Source: an uncultured Victivallaceae bacterium (GTDB lineage Bacteria > Verrucomicrobiota > Lentisphaeria > Victivallales > GWF2-50-93). From it: a stretch of 64,000 nt of DNA. The stretch spans positions 10,471 to 74,470 of the forward strand of contig CAZWRV010000019.1 of NCBI GenBank assembly GCA_964636325.1, written 5' to 3'. The first letter of the stretch is position 1. The number at the start of each line of letters is the position of its first letter. The position numbers and the translations under genes were made by a program. The notes beneath the pieces were generated by a model. It was not told the DNA's origin. It saw only the letters and a list, made by a program, of their open reading frames with translations, and did no database searches. This document shows positions 7,593 through 17,391 of this stretch, one piece after another.

Positions 7593-9290
7593 TCATAAGC
7601 CACTTTGCCGTGAAAGCCTTTTTTCGACCTTTGCGATGTCGTCGAGAAGTTTTTTGAGGATTTGACGGTCTTCGTCCTTGTCTTCCATCATTATTTCCGC
7701 GGCTTTGGCGTGCATTACAGAGAGCCCCCAGAGATTGAGGCGGGTCTGTTCGTCGGCGCCGGAAGCCTTGGCCTCGGCGGCCGCCAGCGAATAGCATGCG
7801 GCAAGGTTCTTGTGCGCGGGCCAGTTTTCCGGTTCGACTTCGAGCGTCTTGAGCAATACGGGGCGTGCGTCCCTGTGCCTGCCCGCATCAATATAGACGG
7901 CGCCGAGGGTGTTTAGAACCCTCGGCTTGCGTGGGCTTTTCGCGGCGCAGTCCTCCCACAAGGAGATTTCATCCTTCCAAACCATGTTCCGTGAAAATGT
8001 GGCGGACACTAGCGTGGCGACATACGCGGCGAAGACGCATGCGGCGGAGCGACCGGCTCCGGCTCCGCGAAATCCGCATCTTCGCCATGCCAGCAGGACC
8101 ACGGCGGCGACAGCCATTATTATGCCGGGCGACGGGAGGTAAACTCTGTGCTCGAAGACCAGATCGGCGATAGGGACAAGACCCGACTCCGCCGATATTG
8201 TCGCGAAAAACCATAGGATGCCGAAAGCCGCAAGCCTGAGCTTCGGATCCCACCGCCCCCGAGATGTCCTTTGCCATGCGAAAAGGGCCGCGAGGATCAA
8301 GAAGGCCACAACAATCAGCGAGAAGATTACCGCCGGGTCGAGCAGTTCGTTCCTTGCCGGAAAATCATGTTCAAGGTTCTGGCCGTAAGGTAGAATCAGC
8401 AGCCTGAAGTAGAAAATTATTGCGGTCAGCCCGGTCAGGAAGTAGTCAGTCCTGGACATGTCAGTCAGGACTTTACCCCCGGCGAAGTCTCCGGGCACCC
8501 CGCTGCCGATCATGCCGATGCTCAGCGGAAGGAGGACGAGAAGGAGGTAGAACGGCACCAGAAGGAGCAGACGCCTGCCAAGCTTCCCCTCAAAGAAGAA
8601 CAGCTCCACAAGTGTGACCGCGAGCGGGATCGTATATGTGTTCTCCTTTGTCTTGACCGCAAGGAGCGCGCAGAGAAGCGAGCCCGCATACAGTCCTGCG
8701 GTTCTCAGTGAAATACCTTGTCCGCCCGGATCGGCCGCCATTCTTGCTTTGATATAAAGCATGCACGCCGACAGATAGAACATCGCCGCCAGCGATGCGA
8801 ATCGCTGGACTATGTATGTGACCGCCTGCGTCTGGACGGGATGGATCATGAATATGAGCGACGCGGCGAAAGCGATGATTCCTGCATCAGAGTCCTGACG
8901 CGGCGCACCGTTTTCCGCGGAATCCGCAGCGCCGGGAGGCATCCTGAGCATGGCCGGACACCTGAATAGTCCCATGACGAGGAAGTAGACTAGGATGGAA
9001 TTCACAAGATGGACGGCGAAGTTGAAGGCATGGAAGCCGGTTGTTGCTAAGCCGCCCAGCCACACATTGAATGCGAAGGAAAGGAAGCCGACAGGCCTGA
9101 GTCTCAGCTCCTGGGCAATATCCGGCGCAGGAGCCGAGTCGGGGAACAATATCATCCATGGATCAAGCATCGCCGGATTGCAGACGATATTGCGGAAGTC
9201 GTCGAAATGAAACGAGGCGAAGAACGAGTTGGAATATGCAAGCGCTCCCGCGACGGATATCACCGCAATGTGCGCGTATGAATTCAGCAA
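7593..9290 (-). CDS. TMTC-like multi-TM GT-C glycosyltransferase with C-terminal TPRs
   Basis: FHFDD, RPV, HPVQTQAVTYIVQR, KENT, FEHRVYLPS and RNMVWKDEISLWED motifs, plus a TPR-like tail. Confidence 0.8.
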   Translation of the reverse strand: MLNSYAHIAVISVAGALAYSNSFFASFHFDDFRNIVCNPAMLDPWMILFPDSAPAPDIAQELRLRPVGFLSFAFNVWLGGLATTGFHAFNFAVHLVNSILVYFLVMGLFRCPAMLRMPPGAADSAENGAPRQDSDAGIIAFAASLIFMIHPVQTQAVTYIVQRFASLAAMFYLSACMLYIKARMAADPGGQGISLRTAGLYAGSLLCALLAVKTKENTYTIPLAVTLVELFFFEGKLGRRLLLLVPFYLLLVLLPLSIGMIGSGVPGDFAGGKVLTDMSRTDYFLTGLTAIIFYFRLLILPYGQNLEHDFPARNELLDPAVIFSLIVVAFLILAALFAWQRTSRGRWDPKLRLAAFGILWFFATISAESGLVPIADLVFEHRVYLPSPGIIMAVAAVVLLAWRRCGFRGAGAGRSAACVFAAYVATLVSATFSRNMVWKDEISLWEDCAAKSPRKPRVLNTLGAVYIDAGRHRDARPVLLKTLEVEPENWPAHKNLAACYSLAAAEAKASGADEQTRLNLWGLSVMHAKAAEIMMEDKDEDRQILKKLLDDIAKVEKRLSRQSGL

Positions 9291-9364
9291 ACTTCCAAAC
9301 CTTGTAGCTCGATTCGGTTATACTCGCATGAATTCAGCAAACTATGCCCTTTTGCTGGTTCATG
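9276..9364. repeat. Family A hairpin variant: half arm (9276-9293) plus near-complete copy (9326-9364)
   Basis: GTATGAATTCAGCAAACT, then 32 bp, then GCATGAATTCAGCAAA-CTATGCCCT-TTTGCTGGTTCATG. Confidence 0.75.
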
Positions 9365-9402
9365 ATGTCCCGGCCAAATCTGGAATTCCAACAAATAGCC
9401 TG

Positions 9403-10800
9403 TCATTCTGAGGCAGGCGGCGCGCTACTGGACGGAGTGAATATGCCAACCCGTTTCAACGTACCATCGGAGCCATATTGCGCAGTGGCAAAGCCGTTGC
9501 CTGAACGCCCGGTGAGATAAATATATCCGTTGGGGCTGACTGCGATGTCAACGGGGAAACCGGGGATTGGATCGCTTCCCTGTCCAAGAGGGATATAGTT
9601 TCCATCGGGGGTATATTTGAGAGTGGTGAACTCGTTGCCGGACGATCCTGTGACATAGATGTTTCCGGAGCTATCCACGGCAATAGCGGAAGCCTGGGAA
9701 TAAGCACCGCCTGATTCAGGATATCTTCTTGTCCACTGCTGCCCCCCTTGGGAACCATATTTTGTCAAGATGTAATTGCTGCCGTTTTCCGTCCCTGCCA
9801 CATAAAGGTTGCCGGAAGCGTCCACGACGACCCCGACAGCATTTCCGGAAGACCCGATATCCAGTTTTTGAACCCACGCCTGCTTGCCGTCCTCTTTTTT
9901 CACGGAGGAGTAAGCGTACATGATGGTCTGGAGTGTTGTGTTGCCCCCGCCTTCCGGATAATAGTTACCTGTGACATAGGCATTCCCTGAGATGTCAACC
10001 GCTATTCCGGCTGGAATGTTGAAGCCGCTGTATTGATCCGTCGAGCCGTTGTAGCGCCTAGCCCAGTGCTGCTTTCCCTTGGTGTCGTATTTCACAGTGG
10101 CGAAGTCATAGCCTTGGACGCTAGAGCCTTTCGGAGGAACTGACTGCGAATCACCCGCCACATAAATGAATCCTGCGCTATCACATATGATACATGTCGG
10201 CCTGTTGCTCTTCTGCTTGCTCTTCGAGGGGCCGGCATATCTCTTCTTCCACTTCTGTTTTCCAGAGGAGTCATATTTGAGTGTGGTGAAGTCGTATTCA
10301 TAAGTTCCCTTCTTCTCGTTTTCCTTGACGCATGTGTCCCCGGTCACGTAAACATTTCCACTTTCACCCACTACTATTCCCGTGGGCCAGTCGGAACTTT
10401 TCGCAGGTCCGTTGTATTGCTTTTTCCACTTCTCGATGCCTACGGAATCATACTTGACGATCTGGAAGTCGGTGTCGTAGTCCTTCTTGGGATTATTCCC
10501 CTTCACGGGCGCCGTGACATACACATCCCCGGTCGTGGTATCTACGGCCATCGAAGCGTTGCCGTATGAAAGCCCGCTGTTCATATAGTTGACCCACGCC
10601 TGTTGGCCGCTGGTATCATATTTCAACGTGGCATAATCAACAGTTCCTCCGCTATTTGTGTAACTTGCCGTCACATAGGCGTTCCCCGACGAATCATAGG
10701 AGATAAGGGCAGGCTTGTCTTCCGCAAGAACTGCGAAGTTCGCGGCAAACCCGATTGAAGCGGCGGCACCGACTAAGAACTTGAATCCATGCATCTTCAT
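9403..10800 (-). CDS. Secreted SBBP-repeat beta-propeller protein
   Basis: Signal peptide and about 7 repeats of (I/V)AVD-S-GN(A/V/I)YVTG...(F)xTxKYDxxG. Confidence 0.85.
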   Translation of the reverse strand: MKMHGFKFLVGAAASIGFAANFAVLAEDKPALISYDSSGNAYVTASYTNSGGTVDYATLKYDTSGQQAWVNYMNSGLSYGNASMAVDTTTGDVYVTAPVKGNNPKKDYDTDFQIVKYDSVGIEKWKKQYNGPAKSSDWPTGIVVGESGNVYVTGDTCVKENEKKGTYEYDFTTLKYDSSGKQKWKKRYAGPSKSKQKSNRPTCIICDSAGFIYVAGDSQSVPPKGSSVQGYDFATVKYDTKGKQHWARRYNGSTDQYSGFNIPAGIAVDISGNAYVTGNYYPEGGGNTTLQTIMYAYSSVKKEDGKQAWVQKLDIGSSGNAVGVVVDASGNLYVAGTENGSNYILTKYGSQGGQQWTRRYPESGGAYSQASAIAVDSSGNIYVTGSSGNEFTTLKYTPDGNYIPLGQGSDPIPGFPVDIAVSPNGYIYLTGRSGNGFATAQYGSDGTLKRVGIFTPSSSAPPASE

Positions 10801-10962
10801 CAAGCTATCCTTTCTAATATTTTGTTTCTTATTTTAACACGGATTTACGGTTTTCACATTAAAAAAGGGCTTTCAGGATAATAAAAACGCGTGATAATCG
10901 TTATTATTACCGTTGAAAATGCTTTTTTCAAGCTTATGATGCGGGAAAGATTGTCATTTTAA

Positions 10963-13900
10963 ATGGGGAGAGTCATCGTGTTGAGGGCGAAATTTTCAGC
11001 TGTGATGGTGCTGTTCCTGCTGTTTTTCGGGCTCATGTGCGGGCTTAAGGCATATGACATACCACTTGATGCGGGCTGGAACCTGATTTCTCTGCCTGTC
11101 CAGCCCTTGGAATGCGATATTTCGGGCCAGACAGCATCCATCGCCGGGAAATTCACCAAGTTACTGGCCCGAGAGGGCGGTTCCTGGAAGATATACGATC
11201 CTGCGAATGCCTCTCTTAGCGATAAGCTGGCGCTTGAGCCGGGCAAAGGCTACTGGATCAGCATGAGCTCCGCAGGCACTCTTTCGCTGACGGATTCGGG
11301 GCTTGCGCCGTCGAAGCTGGTTAAGCTGGGAGCGGGCTGGAACCTGGTCGGCTGCACGCTTTCGGAGGCTGCGGCGGTTTCGCAGGCGCTGCAGTCCATA
11401 TCGGGCAAATATGAGAAGGTTGCGGAATATTCCGGCGGAACCTGGAAATATTATCCCGGCACTTTGTCGCAGCTCACTCCGGGCAGGGGTTACTGGATAA
11501 AGGCCGTCGAGCCCTGCCTTCTGAACTTCGGCGCCGGGCAGACGAACGCGGCCTCATCCTCGGACGGCGGCACGGTGGAATTTCCTGATCTCGGCTCGCT
11601 TTCCGGGCTGGGGGCGTCATTCTCCAAGATCAGCGATGCGGACGGGCAGCTCTCGGACATCGTGCGAGACCTTTCAGGCCGCTACAGGCTGCAGCTCGAC
11701 ACCTCCTCGCTTGAAAGCCTCGATGAGGATCTGATTTTTTCGATACCCTTGGACGAATCGTTCTTCGACCCCTCCATCCCGCCTGAAAGCATCGCGTCCT
11801 ACCTTCTGCCGATGTTCTACGACGAGTCTGCCGGGGAGTGGAAAGCTTTCGGAGACATGGTGACATATGATCCAGCAAGCAAGACGGCGCTGGTCCAGGC
11901 CAACCTTTCCAAGCTCGCCGCGGCCACTGCCGCATCGGATAACGTGAAAGGCGGCCGCGGCGATACTCCGGGCACCGTGAACACCATCATCAAGATAGGC
12001 GGATTCACAATCCAGTCCATAACCACCAACCACGAATATACTGCGACCAAGGACGGCTCCGTCTTCACCATCCACTACTATATCGGCTCGGACAAGTATG
12101 AAATTCCCACCAATCCTGAGTGGGAGGATCTTGGTTCAGGGATATACGATCAGACTTCAGGAGTCCCATACTATGTCCAAGACCTCTTCAAGGCTCTCGA
12201 CGCGGCCTACGAGAACCTCATGCTGGACGAGGGTCTTAACGGCAAGGTCTTCAGCAAGCTCACGAACAAGAAGGTCTGCATATCGAACTACGGAGACGGT
12301 GTCGATGGCTGCACGAACTTCGCCGGCGGCGACATAAAGATTTCCAACACGCTCGAAAACTGGGCCTCCATGAAGTCCACTGCATGCCACGAGCTGGTTC
12401 ACTGCCTACAGAGCCAGAAATACGGCGCGTGGGGCATCGGCACCGGGCAATACAACAAATGGTTCATCGAGGCGGTCGCCAACTACTACTGCGCCAGATA
12501 CTGCAGCTTGACCGACGAGGATAGGAAAAACTACATTTATGCGGGCAACACCAGGAGCTACGTCGACGGGAAATGGTCCAACGACGCCCCGCTCTTCGAA
12601 TACATGCTCTGGCCCGTCAACTCCAACAAGATGCGGAGCTACTATTCGGCGTCGCACTTCCTCGTATGGCTCTCCGAAACATACAGCCCCAAGCTCATAG
12701 GCACGGCGCTCGAAAGGAAATGGTTCGACGACACCACCAACCTCGGCGAGGCCATCAGGCAGTGGAACGAGGAGCATTCGCTGCTCTCCGCCTACTGGGC
12801 ATACTGCGGGGACATCGTGAAGAAGCCCGACTACTGCGCCCAGACGAACAACTACATAAAGGACAGAATGTATGACCAGGCCTCGAACAGCGAGCTAAGG
12901 AAAATAGCCCAGTTCGTGTTCCCCGCAAAGCCGGATCTCGCGTGGAACCGCTTCGCCGACGGCAAGGATCCCATAACGTACGCCAAGCTAACTAAATCCA
13001 TGGAGAACTATTCCTCGGCCTATGTCTATTTCAGGGCCGGCAACGCAAGCAACGCCCTCCTTGTCTTCGACTCCTCCGCCACAACGAACCCAGGGTTCTA
13101 CAAGACATACACCTACGATTTCATAGGCAAGACCGACGCAAGCTACTCCGGGAAGAGCCCCCTCGAAGACGCGGGCGCGCTCTTCTTCGGCGGGCAGAAA
13201 CCATACACCATAAAGAATTTCGGCAAGAGCGGCGACGTCAAGGAAGTCGAGCAGTGGATTTCCGTCGGAAACAGTTCGTCCTCGCTCAACATGGCCTACT
13301 ACATCCTCCTTCCGCCAGTCGTAACCAAGACCGAGGCGGGAAAGGTCACGTGGAGCACCAAGGAGGTCGGTCAGATCCCAGCTTCGCTGATAGACGGCTA
13401 CCAGATATACCGCAATGGCGTCAAGCTCAATTCCTACTCCGTCCCCTACGCCGCGGGCGAGCAGAGCTTCTCCGACAGCAGGATACTGGCCAACGACCCC
13501 GACGTCACCGTCCACATTAAGGACGTCTACGGCAATGTATGGCCGGTGCCCGACATCCTCTTGAACCTCCAGAAGACTAAGATTGTCCTGCTCGAACTCT
13601 GGAACGGCGTGACGCCCATGACGGTCAACGCAGAACAGTACGGCTCCAGCGAAACCCTCACGTTCACCGGCTATTTCGTGGACTACTGCAACTTCGACGT
13701 CTGGGGGGAACATCCGCAGTACGGCGACGTCACATGGAGCGGGAACCAGTTCAGCTATTCTTTCAAAGGCGATTCAGCAACGGACGGCGACACTCCCATA
13801 ATCAGGACCACCACCTATAGCGGCGGCTACTATCACCGCTACGACATGAACATCTCAGGCACGGTCGACGACTCGGGCAACATTGTCTCCGCCACGTTCA

Positions 13901-14190
13901 ATCTGAACGCCGACAGGTATTATCCCGATTTCTCCGCCACACCGAACATCTACCATGTCGAGTTCAATCTGAGCAACATATACCTTGACAGCATAAGCGA
14001 GGACAACTACTCGGTGACGCATTATTACTACATCACAAAGGCCGAGGCGCCTTACAAGGTCACGGGACTCAAGGCGCAATGGGGGGATCCGTATCCCTTC
14101 GGCAACGCCGCATACACGCTCATATCCTCGGACTGGGCGAACGCGACAAACAATATTGTCGGCATCATCTGGCTGAAACAAAGGAAGTAG
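10963..14190 (+). CDS. Large secreted protein with putative zinc-metallopeptidase domain (HExxH...E)
   Basis: Signal peptide, two GWNL(I/V)(S/G) repeats, CHELVH (12388-12402) followed by WFIEAVANY, and an Fn3-like IDGYQIYRNGVKL segment. Confidence 0.65.
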   Translation: MGRVIVLRAKFSAVMVLFLLFFGLMCGLKAYDIPLDAGWNLISLPVQPLECDISGQTASIAGKFTKLLAREGGSWKIYDPANASLSDKLALEPGKGYWISMSSAGTLSLTDSGLAPSKLVKLGAGWNLVGCTLSEAAAVSQALQSISGKYEKVAEYSGGTWKYYPGTLSQLTPGRGYWIKAVEPCLLNFGAGQTNAASSSDGGTVEFPDLGSLSGLGASFSKISDADGQLSDIVRDLSGRYRLQLDTSSLESLDEDLIFSIPLDESFFDPSIPPESIASYLLPMFYDESAGEWKAFGDMVTYDPASKTALVQANLSKLAAATAASDNVKGGRGDTPGTVNTIIKIGGFTIQSITTNHEYTATKDGSVFTIHYYIGSDKYEIPTNPEWEDLGSGIYDQTSGVPYYVQDLFKALDAAYENLMLDEGLNGKVFSKLTNKKVCISNYGDGVDGCTNFAGGDIKISNTLENWASMKSTACHELVHCLQSQKYGAWGIGTGQYNKWFIEAVANYYCARYCSLTDEDRKNYIYAGNTRSYVDGKWSNDAPLFEYMLWPVNSNKMRSYYSASHFLVWLSETYSPKLIGTALERKWFDDTTNLGEAIRQWNEEHSLLSAYWAYCGDIVKKPDYCAQTNNYIKDRMYDQASNSELRKIAQFVFPAKPDLAWNRFADGKDPITYAKLTKSMENYSSAYVYFRAGNASNALLVFDSSATTNPGFYKTYTYDFIGKTDASYSGKSPLEDAGALFFGGQKPYTIKNFGKSGDVKEVEQWISVGNSSSSLNMAYYILLPPVVTKTEAGKVTWSTKEVGQIPASLIDGYQIYRNGVKLNSYSVPYAAGEQSFSDSRILANDPDVTVHIKDVYGNVWPVPDILLNLQKTKIVLLELWNGVTPMTVNAEQYGSSETLTFTGYFVDYCNFDVWGEHPQYGDVTWSGNQFSYSFKGDSATDGDTPIIRTTTYSGGYYHRYDMNISGTVDDSGNIVSATFNLNADRYYPDFSATPNIYHVEFNLSNIYLDSISEDNYSVTHYYYITKAEAPYKVTGLKAQWGDPYPFGNAAYTLISSDWANATNNIVGIIWLKQRK

Positions 14191-14199
14191 GGGGCAGCA

Positions 14200-16491
14200 A
14201 TGAAATCATCCTGCAATGCAGCTAATAAAGTTTCGAAGAATATTCTGATCCTGCTGTGCCTGCAGGCTCTCGCGCTTCAGACGCCGCTTCTCGCCGTCCC
14301 GCCGCCTCCCATGAGGATCGGCGGAACCGTCACGGCCGACGGTACGCAGCTCGCCGGCATCGAGGGCAAGACGCTGGAAATCCGCGTCAAAGGCCCTTCC
14401 GGGACAGCATACTACGATGCGGCCGGCCTGAAGGCGGAAGACACCAACGGGCTCAACCAGTCCGGACTCTACATGATTGACATTCCGATGTTCGAGACTG
14501 CGGATCAGCCCGGCGGCGCAAATGAGGGCGACCAAGCTGAGATCTCCGTCATATACGGCGGCATACAGCTCGACATCAGTTCGCCGGCCGGCGGCGCTCT
14601 CTCGATCGGAGCCGGGGGCGAAGTGCGGACAGTCAACATCACCGCCTCGTCGCCGGCATCCTCCGGATCGCTGAGAGTTGAGATAACACCCGCCGACGCG
14701 ATCCAGGCGGGGGCGATGTGGCGCGCAGACGCCGGAGAATGGCTCCGCAGCGGCCAGGTCGCATCGGGTCTTTCGGCGGGAACGCACACCGTCGAGTTCA
14801 AGGATATCGCGCTTTTGACTACGCCCGCCTCCCAGTCGGTCAATGTAGTCGCCAACCAGATCGCCTCCGCAACCGGCGCCTACACTAACAACTCCAGCTA
14901 TTTCGTCACTGTCGGAGTCTCCCCCCTGTTCTCCGGGAGGACTGTTCCCGCCGCTGGAACGGCCAAGCTTGTCGCATCCGGCGCGACACTCCCAATCTCC
15001 GCTGAACCCGAGGGAGGCTACGTCTTCATCAGGTGGGGGGCTTCTCCGGAGTCTGCTGCTTCATTCACCGACGCGTTCAAGGCGTCCACTGGCGCGAAGA
15101 TCACGGGCGCCGCCGCAGTCACCGCCTACTTCAGCCTTACCGAAACAATCTATCTGGCGCCGGGCTCGGCGATGAAAGTCGAAGCGTCAAGGCTTGGCCT
15201 GGAGGAATTTGCAAAGATGCCCAAGGTCGCAGCCGGCTACAAGGAGCCAGTCAAGGGCAAGGCCGTAAAGGCAACGTTCAAAAACTACGGCAAGGCTCCC
15301 ATAGGCGCATTCATCGCCGAATGGACCAAGGCCGCGGCGATCTACGATAAGGCCGAATACAAGGGCGTCCAGCTGGGCCCGGCGCTTGAAGGCGACCCGA
15401 TTAAAAGTCGCAAGCTCGACTCGGTAAATGCCGAAGGCAAGGCTTTCAAGGACGGGAAGCAGAGCCTCAACATGAACGCCTATCTTGTCGCACCGCAGAT
15501 CGAAAGCGCAGTCCTCACGGAAAATATCCTCCGCATCGAGGGAATGTATTTCGGCTCGAAACTGCCGAAGATCCTCGTGGAAGTCGAAAAGGACGGCAAA
15601 TACAAGTATCTGGCGTGCAAGATCGACAAGGGCGAGTCGCTCAAGTTCCAGAACGCCCAGGGCAAGGAGCTTGCAAGCTGCATGAAGGTTCTGGAAACCG
15701 ACACAGAGGACGGCGAGATAGGATTCAGCCGGATCGTGGCCGCATACCCCGCGATCCCGAAAGGCGCGGCGGCCACAGGCTACCTCATACTAGACAACAA
15801 GGCGGCCATGGCGGCGAAACAGATTCAGGAAGGTGCGGCCGAGGGCTCAGGCTCTTCCTCTGCGTCCACCGCCATGCAGCCCGCTTCTAAGAAGCCTATC
15901 TTGAAAAGTGCCGTTCCGCCCTCATGCGCCAGCGGCACCCAGGGGCTTGTCAGAAATGCCCGCCTTGTCTCAAACCGCATTTTCATTGCGGGACAGGGAG
16001 AACCGCGGACAAAGCTCTATGAAGTCCTCGAAATCGCCCTCGCCCTGCCAAAGGGTTTCAACCCCGCCTCCAAGGAAGGCTCCGATATCCGGCTCAAGCT
16101 CGGAACCGGCTACGAGATCGGACTCAACTTCGCAGACGCCTCAAAGCTTGAATTCGACGTCCCCGGAATGCCCGAAAAAGGCGGTTCTGCGAAGTTCGCA
16201 GCCCCGGGGACTTCAGCCGAATTCAAGTGGAATGGAAAAGGCCGCGCGTCCCTGAGAATCTGCCTGGACAAGGAATCGCCCGGGGAAGACGTCAATCTTC
16301 AAGGATTCCTCGGGGAAAATGACTTCTACGACAACCTTGAAGTTCCCGCCAGAATATCCGTCGGAAACACCTGTGAAATGTTCGGCCTCGCATGCAGGGG
16401 GGCCGAACAAGCCCCGGCAACTGAAGGCGCAAGAACCGTCCGCCGGATCTTCACCGGCGAACAGTTCGACGGGAAACAGCTCCAACCCTGA
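14200..16491 (+). CDS. Secreted multi-domain beta-rich surface protein (PEGA-like and InlB B-repeat-like segments)
   Basis: Signal peptide, GAMWRADAGEW...GLSAGTHTVEFK segment and AEPEGGYVFIRW repeat-like segment. Confidence 0.55.
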   Translation: MKSSCNAANKVSKNILILLCLQALALQTPLLAVPPPPMRIGGTVTADGTQLAGIEGKTLEIRVKGPSGTAYYDAAGLKAEDTNGLNQSGLYMIDIPMFETADQPGGANEGDQAEISVIYGGIQLDISSPAGGALSIGAGGEVRTVNITASSPASSGSLRVEITPADAIQAGAMWRADAGEWLRSGQVASGLSAGTHTVEFKDIALLTTPASQSVNVVANQIASATGAYTNNSSYFVTVGVSPLFSGRTVPAAGTAKLVASGATLPISAEPEGGYVFIRWGASPESAASFTDAFKASTGAKITGAAAVTAYFSLTETIYLAPGSAMKVEASRLGLEEFAKMPKVAAGYKEPVKGKAVKATFKNYGKAPIGAFIAEWTKAAAIYDKAEYKGVQLGPALEGDPIKSRKLDSVNAEGKAFKDGKQSLNMNAYLVAPQIESAVLTENILRIEGMYFGSKLPKILVEVEKDGKYKYLACKIDKGESLKFQNAQGKELASCMKVLETDTEDGEIGFSRIVAAYPAIPKGAAATGYLILDNKAAMAAKQIQEGAAEGSGSSSASTAMQPASKKPILKSAVPPSCASGTQGLVRNARLVSNRIFIAGQGEPRTKLYEVLEIALALPKGFNPASKEGSDIRLKLGTGYEIGLNFADASKLEFDVPGMPEKGGSAKFAAPGTSAEFKWNGKGRASLRICLDKESPGEDVNLQGFLGENDFYDNLEVPARISVGNTCEMFGLACRGAEQAPATEGARTVRRIFTGEQFDGKQLQP

Positions 16492-16533
16492 TCCGTGGAA
16501 AATAAAGATTCGTTCATTAAGCGGGAATTAGCA

Positions 16534-16574
16534 GTATGAATTCAGCAAACGACGCCCTTTTGCTGAATTCATAC
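16534..16574. repeat. Family A hairpin (perfect 16-bp stem) between convergent genes
   Basis: GTATGAATTCAGCAAA-CGACGCCCT-TTTGCTGAATTCATAC. Confidence 0.85.
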
Positions 16575-16635
16575 GACGACAAGGCTCGCGGCAAAGCTAC
16601 CGACAAAGATTACGGGCAACGGGAAACGGATTCAT

Positions 16636-17343
16636 TCACGGCAGATACGCGCCGTTCTTCTTCAGGCGTGAACGTAGATCGTCGGTGTCGACCTTGTGGA
16701 CGGGACTTTCCGGATCGAAGAAGTGTATGCTCGGCGGGCTTCCGGCGGGACGCTTCGGGTTGAACCAGCAGTCGTACGGCTCAACATTGGCGAGGATGAA
16801 GCACTGCGTGGCGGGCTGCATATTGCCGTCGGCGTCGCCTTTTTCAAAAGACGCCCCGGCCCATGCTGCGAGGTCGCCGTCGCCGGTGCAGTCGACATAG
16901 ACCTTGGCCCTATAGGCCGCAAGGCCCGACTTGTTCGACACGATTATCGAATTCACTTTGTTTTTACCCGAGACTTCGACCGAGCATAGCTGGCTGAGAA
17001 ACAAAACTTCGGCCCCAGATCCTACGACAATGTCGTCATATATGCGTTTCAAATGTTCGGGATCAATGGCGGTCGAACCGAGTTCCAGGCGGACGCGCTC
17101 GGCTATGCCGCGGGCGATGTACTTCTCTCCGTCGTCATAACCGCAGAACCACGGAACTAGCCCCAGCGTCCCCATGCCGCCGAGCGCGCCGCATCTTTCT
17201 ATGAGCAAGGTCTTTGCGCCTTCCCTGGCAGAAGCGGCAGCGGCGGCGCATCCCGCGGGCCCGCCGCCGGCAACAATGACGTCGTAGCCGTCGTTCAAAG
17301 GGATCTTCTGTTCCTTCAGGACATGTTTTTTCCGTCTGATCAT
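16636..17343 (-). pseudogene. FAD-dependent oxidoreductase (FAD_oxidored/HI0933-like), C-terminally truncated
   Basis: DVIVAGGGPAG, LIER...LGGMGT and YVDCTGDGDLA motifs. It ends at ~236 aa, lacking the C-terminal half expected in this family (about 400+ aa). Confidence 0.7.
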
Positions 17344-17391
17344 CTCACATCTCATTGAATATTTTTTGAATATCCAATATCCAATCATCCA

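Noticed and set aside
9276-9343. Mini CRISPR (18-bp repeat, 32-bp spacer)
   Set aside because: Only two repeats, which are arms of the dispersed family A hairpin; no cas genes in the window.
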